Of a stretch of DNA of 37,979 nt, positions 27,825-35,781 are shown piece after piece. Numbering within the stretch: the first letter of the stretch is position 1; each line of letters starts with the position of its first letter. Position numbers and translations under genes: made by a program. Below the pieces are notes generated by a model. That model was not told where the DNA came from. It searched no databases and saw nothing but the letters and a program-made list of their open reading frames with translations. Origin of the DNA: a candidate division WOR-3 bacterium (lineage in GTDB: Bacteria > Hydrothermota > Tepidihabitantia > Tepidihabitantales > CAIPLT01); NCBI GenBank assembly GCA_965649215.1, contig CBFGJZ010000016.1:1-37979 (forward strand), given 5' to 3'.

Positions 27825-27853
27825 TTGAATAATCCCGATAATATTTATATAAT
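27825..27853 (+). promoter_or_regulatory. Sigma70-type promoter for the DUF4175-like operon (leaderless geometry)
   Basis: TTGAAT-N17-TATAAT, 6 nt before ATG 27860. No SD. Confidence 0.6.
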
Positions 27854-27859
27854 TAAATA

Positions 27860-30800
27860 ATGGAATTATATAAAATTTTAAATAATTTAAGGAAAAAAAT
27901 AGTCGTTAATCAAATATTATTTTCAATATTATTGTTTTGTACAGTTATTCTTTTTTTGTTATTAATAACAATCAGCTTATTTGTCACACGTTGGTTCTTT
28001 TTAGTATTAATACCAATTAGTGTCTATATTGTTTATAAAGGAAATTTTGGGATTTCGATAAAGGATATCGGTCGCAAAATTGAACAACACTTTCCATCGG
28101 TTCATAATAAATTAATTCCAGTGGTGGAGCTCATCTTGGAACACATTGTAAATAATTTTGTTAATAAAGGAAGTAGACAAAAATCTTTTCGAAAAGAACA
28201 ATATTCTGAGGATTTGATATGTGCATCTATTGATCAAATGCAACAACAGATTGCAAATTTAGATTTGACTCAGATTATAAATTATACAAAGACTAAACTT
28301 GTTGGAATTATATTTATAATTTTATTATTAGCAGTATTTTTTTTACGAATTATTACCCCACAGCATTTTTCTTTTGGTTGGCAACTAATTTTTAATCCAC
28401 CCCAAAAATTAATATCTTTAATTGTTACCCCTGGTGATATTTTCGTGGATAAAGATAGTGTTGTTAAAATTCATTATCAGATTAAGGCGCCGATATCTTC
28501 TTTGCCTTCTGAGCTTAGTTTTCAAAGCAAAAAGTATTTCACAAAAGATTATATATACGAAACAGAAATCCTGGCAAATCAAAATATCAATTATCAAATT
28601 CGTATAAAATCTCCAATTGGCTTAACGATCATGAAAAGTCCACTTTATAGAATTGAATTGTTTAAACCAATTGAAATTAAAGAAATAGTATTCAAATATA
28701 ATTATCCCGCTTATACTAAATTATCAACATCAAACAATTATGGTTCTGAAATTTACGCATTAAAAGGAACTAAAGTGGAATTCGTTGGTACCACTAATAT
28801 TCCTTTAAAGAATGCTTTAAGAATTGGAAGGTATGAGCTTGATAGTTTAGAAACTCGCAAAAATGAATTTAAAGGTAGTTTTACGATCAATGTGGATGAT
28901 TCATTCCGATTTATCCTACATGGAGCTGATAATCGACAAGGAAAGTCAAATTGGTATCGGATTCGAGTTGCAAATGATGAACTACCGTTTATAAAAATGT
29001 TACTTCCCGCTCGGGATATCGATTTGCCAGTTAGTATGAAGTTATTAATTGGAATGTATGCAGTCGATGATTTTGGTTTATCTCGTTTTGAATTAAAATA
29101 TACCAATCCCCGTAATAATGAAACAACAAACATTCGCTTAAAGACAATTATTAATAAATCCGAAGATTCTCTATTCTATCTTTGGGATTTATCTAAAGTA
29201 AATTTGTTGCCAGGTGAGAAGATTAGCTATTATGGGGTTGTTTATGATAATGATGCTGTTTCGGGATATAAAAGTGCTCAAACTGAAATTTATTCAATTA
29301 GGTTTCCAACATTAGCTGAGATTTATGATAAAACAACTGAGACAAATCAAACAGCTATTGATCGTTTATCACCACTGACTGTAAAACAAGAGCAACTTTC
29401 CAATGAGTTAGAACGATTATCTGAACATATAAAAAAGTTTCGAGAAATGGGCTGGGAAGAAAAGTCAAAATTACAAGAAATTATTAACCGTCAAGAGGAA
29501 TTAATGGCAAATATTAGAGCGCTCCAACAAGAAATTAATAATGTGATGACTGATTTATCACAAGGTTTAATACTCGATAAAGAGACGATGGAGCAACTTG
29601 AAAAAATCAGTAATATATTAAATGAGATTCTACCAGAAGAAATTAAACAAAACTTAGAGAAATTAAAACAAGCAATACTTGAAAAGAATCCGGAATTAAG
29701 TAAAGCACTTGAAAATGTAAAATTGTCGTCAGAAGAAATGAAACAAGCTTTGCAACGAGCATTAGAACTACTAAAGAAAATTCAACAAGAAGAAGCGATT
29801 TCTAACTTGGCGCGTAAAGCAGAAGAAATTTATAAACAGCAATCCCAATTAAATGAAAGAATTATCCAAGAAAAATTACCCCCGCTTGTTGTTCCCCAAA
29901 CTGCAATTGGGAAAGAAATTGCTCAATTACAAGAAGAAATGAAGATGATTGAAAAAAATATTGATGATAGTCTCATACAAAGAGAACTTATGAATATATT
30001 ACAAGAACTAACCGAAATGCAATTACAAGATCAAATAAATAATATTAATAATAGTTTGAATAATAATAATCGGCAAGCAGCAAAAAATAATGCAGGTAAT
30101 TTATTAAAAAATTTACAGACTCTAAAAGAAAATCTTAAAAATTTAGCAGATAAATATAAACAAAAACAACAGGAAATTGTAACAACAAAAATGATTCAAA
30201 TCGCAGGTGAATTAAATGCGATTTCCCAAGAACAAGAGAAAATTAAGCCTTCCCAAAATCGAGAAGATTTTAGGGAACTGGTAATTAGACAACAACGAAT
30301 TAGTGAGTCAGTAAGTTTAGTTGCCGAAACTTTAGCAAAATGGTCAGGACAATCCTTATTTATTTCACCAAAATGGGTTCAAGAAATTGCCCGCGCCATA
30401 ATCAATATGGAAAATGCTGCTAAACTATTAGAAGAAGCAGTACATATGAATGTTGATACTAAAACAATCCATAATTTACAAAAAGATGCTATTTATTCTC
30501 TTGATATCGTTACTTTACAGATTTTAAGACAAGCAATGTTAGCGCAACAACCAGCTGGTATGAAAGGGGGTTTAGAAAGTCTCTTGGAAGCATTATCCCA
30601 AATGACTGCTGATCAAATGTCATTAGGTCAAGGAATAGCAAGTATTCCGATTCCTATAGCGGGAGGTTTAACTGCTGAACAACTTGAACAACTTAATCGC
30701 TTAATGTCACTACAAAGTCAATTACGGTCTCAATTAGAACAATTATTACAAGAAATTAACAGTGGTAATTATGGTGATTTGCCCGGTATGACGGGAAGTA

Positions 30801-31126
30801 TGCAAGGTGCTTTAGAAGATATGAAAGGGATTGAAAAGGATTTATCAGAATTAAATGTTTCCCGCCAAACTATCGAACGACAGGAAAAAGTAATTGAAAG
30901 ATTGTTAGATGCCCAAAGAAGTATTCGTCAAAAGGACTATTCAGAAAAACGAGAACGACAAATTGGTAAAAATTATACTGAACGACCAACGATAATTTTA
31001 GACCGTAGTTTGGGTGAATCAAACAAACAGTTACGAGAAGAACTTTTACGTTCACTACGAGAGGGCTATCCTAAAGAATATGAAGTTATGATTAAAAACT
31101 ATTTCGAATTGATTATGCAGGAGTAG
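27860..31126 (+). CDS. Large membrane-anchored Ig-like / coiled-coil protein (DUF4175-like)
   Basis: N-terminal TM helices, IEQHFP...NKL, YPAYTKL, D.LP.I....P..D, AVDDFGL, LLPGEKISY...YDND.VSG.K, about 600 aa of Q/E/L-rich coiled coil, C-terminal RLLDAQRS.R...YPKEYE..IKNYF. Confidence 0.7.
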   Translation: MELYKILNNLRKKIVVNQILFSILLFCTVILFLLLITISLFVTRWFFLVLIPISVYIVYKGNFGISIKDIGRKIEQHFPSVHNKLIPVVELILEHIVNNFVNKGSRQKSFRKEQYSEDLICASIDQMQQQIANLDLTQIINYTKTKLVGIIFIILLLAVFFLRIITPQHFSFGWQLIFNPPQKLISLIVTPGDIFVDKDSVVKIHYQIKAPISSLPSELSFQSKKYFTKDYIYETEILANQNINYQIRIKSPIGLTIMKSPLYRIELFKPIEIKEIVFKYNYPAYTKLSTSNNYGSEIYALKGTKVEFVGTTNIPLKNALRIGRYELDSLETRKNEFKGSFTINVDDSFRFILHGADNRQGKSNWYRIRVANDELPFIKMLLPARDIDLPVSMKLLIGMYAVDDFGLSRFELKYTNPRNNETTNIRLKTIINKSEDSLFYLWDLSKVNLLPGEKISYYGVVYDNDAVSGYKSAQTEIYSIRFPTLAEIYDKTTETNQTAIDRLSPLTVKQEQLSNELERLSEHIKKFREMGWEEKSKLQEIINRQEELMANIRALQQEINNVMTDLSQGLILDKETMEQLEKISNILNEILPEEIKQNLEKLKQAILEKNPELSKALENVKLSSEEMKQALQRALELLKKIQQEEAISNLARKAEEIYKQQSQLNERIIQEKLPPLVVPQTAIGKEIAQLQEEMKMIEKNIDDSLIQRELMNILQELTEMQLQDQINNINNSLNNNNRQAAKNNAGNLLKNLQTLKENLKNLADKYKQKQQEIVTTKMIQIAGELNAISQEQEKIKPSQNREDFRELVIRQQRISESVSLVAETLAKWSGQSLFISPKWVQEIARAIINMENAAKLLEEAVHMNVDTKTIHNLQKDAIYSLDIVTLQILRQAMLAQQPAGMKGGLESLLEALSQMTADQMSLGQGIASIPIPIAGGLTAEQLEQLNRLMSLQSQLRSQLEQLLQEINSGNYGDLPGMTGSMQGALEDMKGIEKDLSELNVSRQTIERQEKVIERLLDAQRSIRQKDYSEKRERQIGKNYTERPTIILDRSLGESNKQLREELLRSLREGYPKEYEVMIKNYFELIMQE

Positions 31127-31129
31127 CAT

Positions 31130-31927
31130 GTGAAAAGAATTAGTTTGCTGATTTTATTTCAATCTGTGTTTGTATTAATGTTATTTGCTCAAAATGATTT
31201 GTTGAAGTTAGCGGAAAATCAATTTCATAACAAAAATTATGAAGATGCCAAAAAGAGTTATCAATTGCTCACTAAACAGTTTGTTAATAATGAGGTAGCT
31301 TGGTTTGGTTTACAAAATACCTATATTAAATTGGGTGATTTAAAAACGGCTCAAAAAGCTATAAATATTGAATTAAGTGACCGTTTACTTTGGGGACAGA
31401 TTAGAATTTTATTTTATTTAAAGCAATTTGATACAATTCCGCAAATGATATTTGATCTCGCTCGAAAATATCCCAAAAGTGAATATATCAATGATGCGTT
31501 GGATTTAGGCATTTTGTTAACCTCAGTAAAAAATGATTCAAATGCTTTGAAAAAATATAGTGACGCACTTTTCCAGTATGAAATGGATAATTATGATAAA
31601 GCAATCAATATTATTAAGCCATTATTGATTGAACCGAATATAGTTGCCGAATATAGTTATTTATTGCTGGCTAAGTTATACGTTACAAAAAAAGAAGTTA
31701 ATCAAGCAATCGCTACGCTTAATGAGTTCTCCGTAAAATTTAATAAAAGTCGATTATTACCAAAGGTAAAATATGAAATGGGGATAATCTATTTTGAAAT
31801 TCTTCAAGATACAATTAAAGCAAAGGATATTTGGGAAGACTTAATTAGTGATTTTCCTGAGTCACCGCAGAGTTTTTTTGCGCGCAGCCGTTTGGCAGTT
31901 TTGGGAAGGGGACAGCAACCAAAATGA
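31130..31927 (+). CDS. Exported tetratricopeptide-repeat protein (YbgF/BamD-like TPRs)
   Basis: GTG start after GGAG, signal peptide (LFAQ), TPR patterns such as YEDAKKSYQ.L, KYPKSEY, LISDFPES. Confidence 0.75.
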   Translation: MKRISLLILFQSVFVLMLFAQNDLLKLAENQFHNKNYEDAKKSYQLLTKQFVNNEVAWFGLQNTYIKLGDLKTAQKAINIELSDRLLWGQIRILFYLKQFDTIPQMIFDLARKYPKSEYINDALDLGILLTSVKNDSNALKKYSDALFQYEMDNYDKAINIIKPLLIEPNIVAEYSYLLLAKLYVTKKEVNQAIATLNEFSVKFNKSRLLPKVKYEMGIIYFEILQDTIKAKDIWEDLISDFPESPQSFFARSRLAVLGRGQQPK

Positions 31928-32988
31928 AAGTAAATCATTTCCAATACGCCGAAGCTCTTTTTAATAAAATTAATAAATTAATTAAACGAGAAATAAAATT
32001 AATGGAAGTGTGTGGCACGCATACCAATGTTATTTCGGCGTCGGGTATTCGCTCTCGAATAGATGATAAACTGCGACTGTTATCAGGCCCGGGCTGTCCT
32101 GTGTGTGTGACTGCGCAAAAAGATATTGATTGGATTATTGAATTAGCCCGTACCAATAAAGTTGCAATTGCGACATTTGGTGATTTATTAAAAGTACCAG
32201 GTACCAAAAGTAGCTTAGCTAAAGAAAAAACAGCGGGTGCAGACATTCGAATTGTTTATTCTTGTTTAGATGCGCTAAAATATGCTTATAACGAAAATAA
32301 AACAGTTGTTTTTATCGGGGTCGGTTTTGAAACTACGGCGCCAACAATTGGAGCAACAATTATAAAGGCACATGAGAATAAAATAAAAAATTTCTTAGTG
32401 TTACCACTTTTTAAACTGATACCGCCGGCATTACGAGTAATTGCAAGTCATCCGCGCTTGAAAATTGATGGTTTTATTCTCCCGGGACATGTTTCTACAA
32501 TTATTGGTCAAAAACCATATCAATTTTTGGTTGATGAATTTGATAAACCATGTGCGATAACAGGTTTTGAACCAATTGATATACTTGAAGGGATTTATCT
32601 GATTCTTGAGCAGATTAAAGACAATAAACCAAAGATTGCAATTCAGTATCAAAGAAGTGTTAATGAAAATGGTAATATTACTGCACAAAATATTATGCAG
32701 CGAGTATTTGAAGTTACAGACACAGAATGGCGGGGGCTTGGTCAAATTGAACAGTCAGGATTAGATTTTAGAAAGGAGTTTAAGCGTTACGATGTACGAG
32801 AATATTTTGATATTAAAGTGTCCCAAATCTCTAAAACATCATGTCGTTGTGGCGATGTGTTGTTAGGTGTAATAATTCCTAAACAATGTAATTTATTTGC
32901 GAAAGTATGCAATCCATCAAATCCAGTTGGACCTTGCATGGTTTCAACAGAAGGAGCATGTGCCGCATATTATAAATATGAGAGATAA
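31924..32988 (+). CDS. hypD: Hydrogenase maturation protein HypD
   Basis: MEVCGTHT, SGPGCPVCVT, GFETTAP, PGHVS, C-terminal CRCGDVL...C.LF...C.P.NPVGPCMVS.EGAC. Confidence 0.97.
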   Translation: MKVNHFQYAEALFNKINKLIKREIKLMEVCGTHTNVISASGIRSRIDDKLRLLSGPGCPVCVTAQKDIDWIIELARTNKVAIATFGDLLKVPGTKSSLAKEKTAGADIRIVYSCLDALKYAYNENKTVVFIGVGFETTAPTIGATIIKAHENKIKNFLVLPLFKLIPPALRVIASHPRLKIDGFILPGHVSTIIGQKPYQFLVDEFDKPCAITGFEPIDILEGIYLILEQIKDNKPKIAIQYQRSVNENGNITAQNIMQRVFEVTDTEWRGLGQIEQSGLDFRKEFKRYDVREYFDIKVSQISKTSCRCGDVLLGVIIPKQCNLFAKVCNPSNPVGPCMVSTEGACAAYYKYER

Positions 32989-32992
32989 AAAA

Positions 32993-34024
32993 ATGCTGGA
33001 TGCTCATATTACTCTTGATTATGGTTCCGGTGGCCGAAAAATGCACCGTTTAATTTCTGAGCTATTTATTAAATATTTTGATAATTCGATTTTAAGGAAA
33101 TTTGAAGATGCCGCAGAACTTAAATTAGTAAAATCAAAGAGTGATTTTTGTCTAACCATTGACTCATTTGTAGTAAAACCACTTTTTTTCCCTGGTGGCG
33201 ATATTGGTAAATTGTCAATTTGTGGAACAGTTAATGATTTGGCAGTTAAGGGGGCGCAACCATTATATATTGCAGTATCATTTGTAATTCAAGAGGGGAT
33301 ATCGTTAGTTACTTTAGATAAAATCTGTGCTTCATTAGCAAAAACAGCTCGTTTGTCAAATGTCATGATTGTTACAGGTGATACAAAAGTTATTGAACGA
33401 CATAGCCAAGACGAAGAAATGGTTATAACAACATGCGGGATTGGTAAATTGTTGCCACATTTTCAGAATCCGACTTTAGGGGCAAAGAATATTAAAATCG
33501 GTGATAAGATTATCATCAACGGTTTCATTGGTGATCATGAAGCGTCGATTATTATGGCGCGTGGTCTTTTTAATTTCCGAGCAAAAATCGAGAGCGATTG
33601 TGCACCGCTTAACTCTTTGATTGAGCTATTAGCTAAGAAAAGATTTCAAATTAAAATGATGCGTGATCCGACTCGCGGTGGTTTAGCTACAACTCTGAAT
33701 GAAATTGCTGATGCTAGTAAGCTCGGTATTAATCTTTATGAAGAAGCGATACCAATACAAAAAGCAGTAAAGGGTATAAGTGATATTTTAGGATTTGAGC
33801 CACTGTATATGGCCAATGAAGGTAAAGTTGTGATAATTGCGGATAAAAAAGATGCGAAAGAAATCGTAAGAACTATGCAACAACACAAGTTGGGTAAAAA
33901 TAGTGCTATTATTGGTGAAGTTACCAAAAGAAAACATGGTTTAGGGGTTTGGCTTACGACTAAAATTGGAGGTCAGAGGCCTTTAATACAGCTCGAGGGA
34001 TTTCAAGTTCCAAGAATTTGTTAA
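32993..34024 (+). CDS. hypE: Hydrogenase maturation protein HypE (carbamoyl dehydratase)
   Basis: GSGG, DSFVVKPLFFPGGDIGKL..CGTVNDLAV, TGDTKV, SDCAPL, MRDPTRGGL, ANEGK, terminal PRIC. Start is ATG 32993 or 32978. Confidence 0.97.
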   Translation: MLDAHITLDYGSGGRKMHRLISELFIKYFDNSILRKFEDAAELKLVKSKSDFCLTIDSFVVKPLFFPGGDIGKLSICGTVNDLAVKGAQPLYIAVSFVIQEGISLVTLDKICASLAKTARLSNVMIVTGDTKVIERHSQDEEMVITTCGIGKLLPHFQNPTLGAKNIKIGDKIIINGFIGDHEASIIMARGLFNFRAKIESDCAPLNSLIELLAKKRFQIKMMRDPTRGGLATTLNEIADASKLGINLYEEAIPIQKAVKGISDILGFEPLYMANEGKVVIIADKKDAKEIVRTMQQHKLGKNSAIIGEVTKRKHGLGVWLTTKIGGQRPLIQLEGFQVPRIC

Positions 34025-34379
34025 CATTAGTACTTACCATAAACAAATAGGAGAAATTAGAGGATAGGGGGATACTGTACGAATGCCTGCCCATTGTGTG
34101 CGATTGTCAAGATAAAAATTTGCCTATATGCGGCGGATAGAGACGTATTAAGGTCGGCCCATTATTTTTTGTTTAAGGAGAATAATATGTTAAGACAGTT
34201 TAGACTATAAAGTTGGCTATTACTTAATTTATCAATACTAATGTCTGCTTGATAGTCATTTTTTGATTAAAGTTATAAGCTAAATATGGCTTAGTATACT
34301 TAGTTTAAAATAATTCTAAAATGTTTGTAACTTTTTAAATGTAAGCTAAAGTTTGTTTTTCCGCTACTATATATGGATT

Positions 34380-35513
34380 TTATTTCATGGCTTCTTTCTG
34401 ACCAAATGAACGATTCAGAGCGAAATCATCTAAGGCAAGGGAACTTTTGCCATCAGCGATCATTTCTGCCATATATTTACCAAGAGCAGGTCCGAACATA
34501 AAACCATGACCACACATTCCTGCGGAGATATAAAAACCATCGACGGGTGTTTTATCAACAATTGGATTACCATCAGGTGTCATTTCATAGCTGCCGGCCC
34601 ATTGTCGAATGACTTTTAATTCAGCTAATCGTGGTACTAAACGCGCCATCCGACGGGGCATTTCGGTGAGAAATTCGCTTGAGGCATTGATATGGTCACC
34701 AGGGTCGTTAGGGACAGGAGTGTAACATCCGATAAAATGACCTGTTCCATAATTCTGAATAAAATAACAGCCATCTGTCCGATAATCGACTAACATGGGG
34801 TCAAATAAACGTTCACAGGCTTCGGTAACTAGACTTTCATGTCGTTCAGGTTCAATAGGAACATCAAGGTTTACCATTTTAGCAATCTGTTTTGCCCAAG
34901 GGCCAGCTGCATTTAATACAATCGGACTATAATATTCATTTCCGTCATCTGTGATAACTGATTTAATTTTATTTTTTTCAAGGTTGATTTTTTTTACTTC
35001 GGTATCCATAACTAGTTCGCCCCGCATTTTTTTAGTCGCTTCTAGATAACCGTAAGTTACGGCAAAAGGATTTGCCTGACCATCAGTCGGACAGTAAGCA
35101 CCACCTAAAAGGTTATCAGTGTTTAATCCTTTGACAAGTGCTGAGCAATCATCAGCACTGATAAATCGGACCGGTAAGTTAAATTGCTTCTGTATTTCGA
35201 TAGCTTTTAGATAGGTTTGTTTTTTTTCTTCTGAATGCGCTAAAAATAAATAACCACCTTGATACCATTCAACATCTTTACCCAGTTCTTCTTTTAAGTT
35301 GGAAAATATTTTTACACTTTCTAGCATTACCTTAATTGATAAGGGATGCGTATATTGTTGTCGAATACCACCAATACATCGTCCGGTTGAGCCAAAACAG
35401 GGATATCTTTTTTCTAAAACAATTACTTTGAGTTTCTTTTTTGCTAAATAATAAGCCGTCGCAGCACCGATAATGCCAGCGCCAATAATAATTACATCAG
35501 CAGTTTTCTTCAT
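34380..35513 (-). CDS. FAD-dependent oxidoreductase, DAO family (sarcosine oxidase beta / proline dehydrogenase beta-like)
   Basis: Start at ATG 35513: DVIIIGAGIIG (Rossmann), GSTGRC.GGIRQQ, GYLFL, DGQANP, VLNAAGPWA, RQWAG.YEMTPDGNPI, GMCGHGFM.GP. Confidence 0.9.
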   Translation of the reverse strand: MKKTADVIIIGAGIIGAATAYYLAKKKLKVIVLEKRYPCFGSTGRCIGGIRQQYTHPLSIKVMLESVKIFSNLKEELGKDVEWYQGGYLFLAHSEEKKQTYLKAIEIQKQFNLPVRFISADDCSALVKGLNTDNLLGGAYCPTDGQANPFAVTYGYLEATKKMRGELVMDTEVKKINLEKNKIKSVITDDGNEYYSPIVLNAAGPWAKQIAKMVNLDVPIEPERHESLVTEACERLFDPMLVDYRTDGCYFIQNYGTGHFIGCYTPVPNDPGDHINASSEFLTEMPRRMARLVPRLAELKVIRQWAGSYEMTPDGNPIVDKTPVDGFYISAGMCGHGFMFGPALGKYMAEMIADGKSSLALDDFALNRSFGQKEAMK

Positions 35514-35781
35514 GTTGATGATAATTAGCAAGAATTTTAATAGATGTTGGTTTCAATGGTGGTCGAGAGGTCGGATAAACAATCTTTTCAATTGGCTGGT
35601 TAGTCATTCGACTCAGAATACGAGCAATGAGCATCAAACAACTCCGACCCTGACAATGTCCCATGCCACATCGTAAGATTCGTTTAATTGCATCTAAATT
35701 AGTATAGCCTTGTTTAATAACTGCGATGATTTCAGATTCGGTTATTTCTTCACAACGGCAGATAACAATATCTTTCTTCAT
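35497..35781 (-). CDS. BFD-like [2Fe-2S]-binding protein (resembles the C-terminal domain of sarcosine oxidase alpha / HcnB-like subunits)
   Basis: ICRCEEIT...IKR..RCGMGHCQGRSC...RPPLKP. Overlaps both neighbours. Confidence 0.88.
   Translation of the reverse strand: MKKDIVICRCEEITESEIIAVIKQGYTNLDAIKRILRCGMGHCQGRSCLMLIARILSRMTNQPIEKIVYPTSRPPLKPTSIKILANYHQHEENC

Noticed and set aside
29300-31126. Long Q/E-rich coiled coil as an SMC/Rad50 or phage tape-measure protein
   Set aside because: No Walker A/B motifs and no phage context. The N-terminal TM plus Ig-like region and the terminal Y...Y...YF motif fit a DUF4175-like envelope protein.
33005-33035. HypE N-terminal motif reads LDYGSGG rather than the usual LAHGSGG
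   Set aside because: All other HypE motifs and the terminal PRIC are intact, so this is probably tolerated variation.
35480-35515. BFD protein ends Cys-TGA: possible selenocysteine or readthrough
   Set aside because: This tail overlaps the DAO gene start in another frame, the downstream frame is not protein-like, and I see no SECIS-like hairpin. The other TGA stops are simple ATGA overlaps.
2860-35531. Track start sites 2860, 8093, 18544, 23644, 32897 and 35531
   Set aside because: Downstream ATGs (2902, 8195, 18559, 23683, 32993/32978, 35513) fit better with SDs, promoters, signal peptides or family N-termini. The TTG at 23644 is part of the -35 box.
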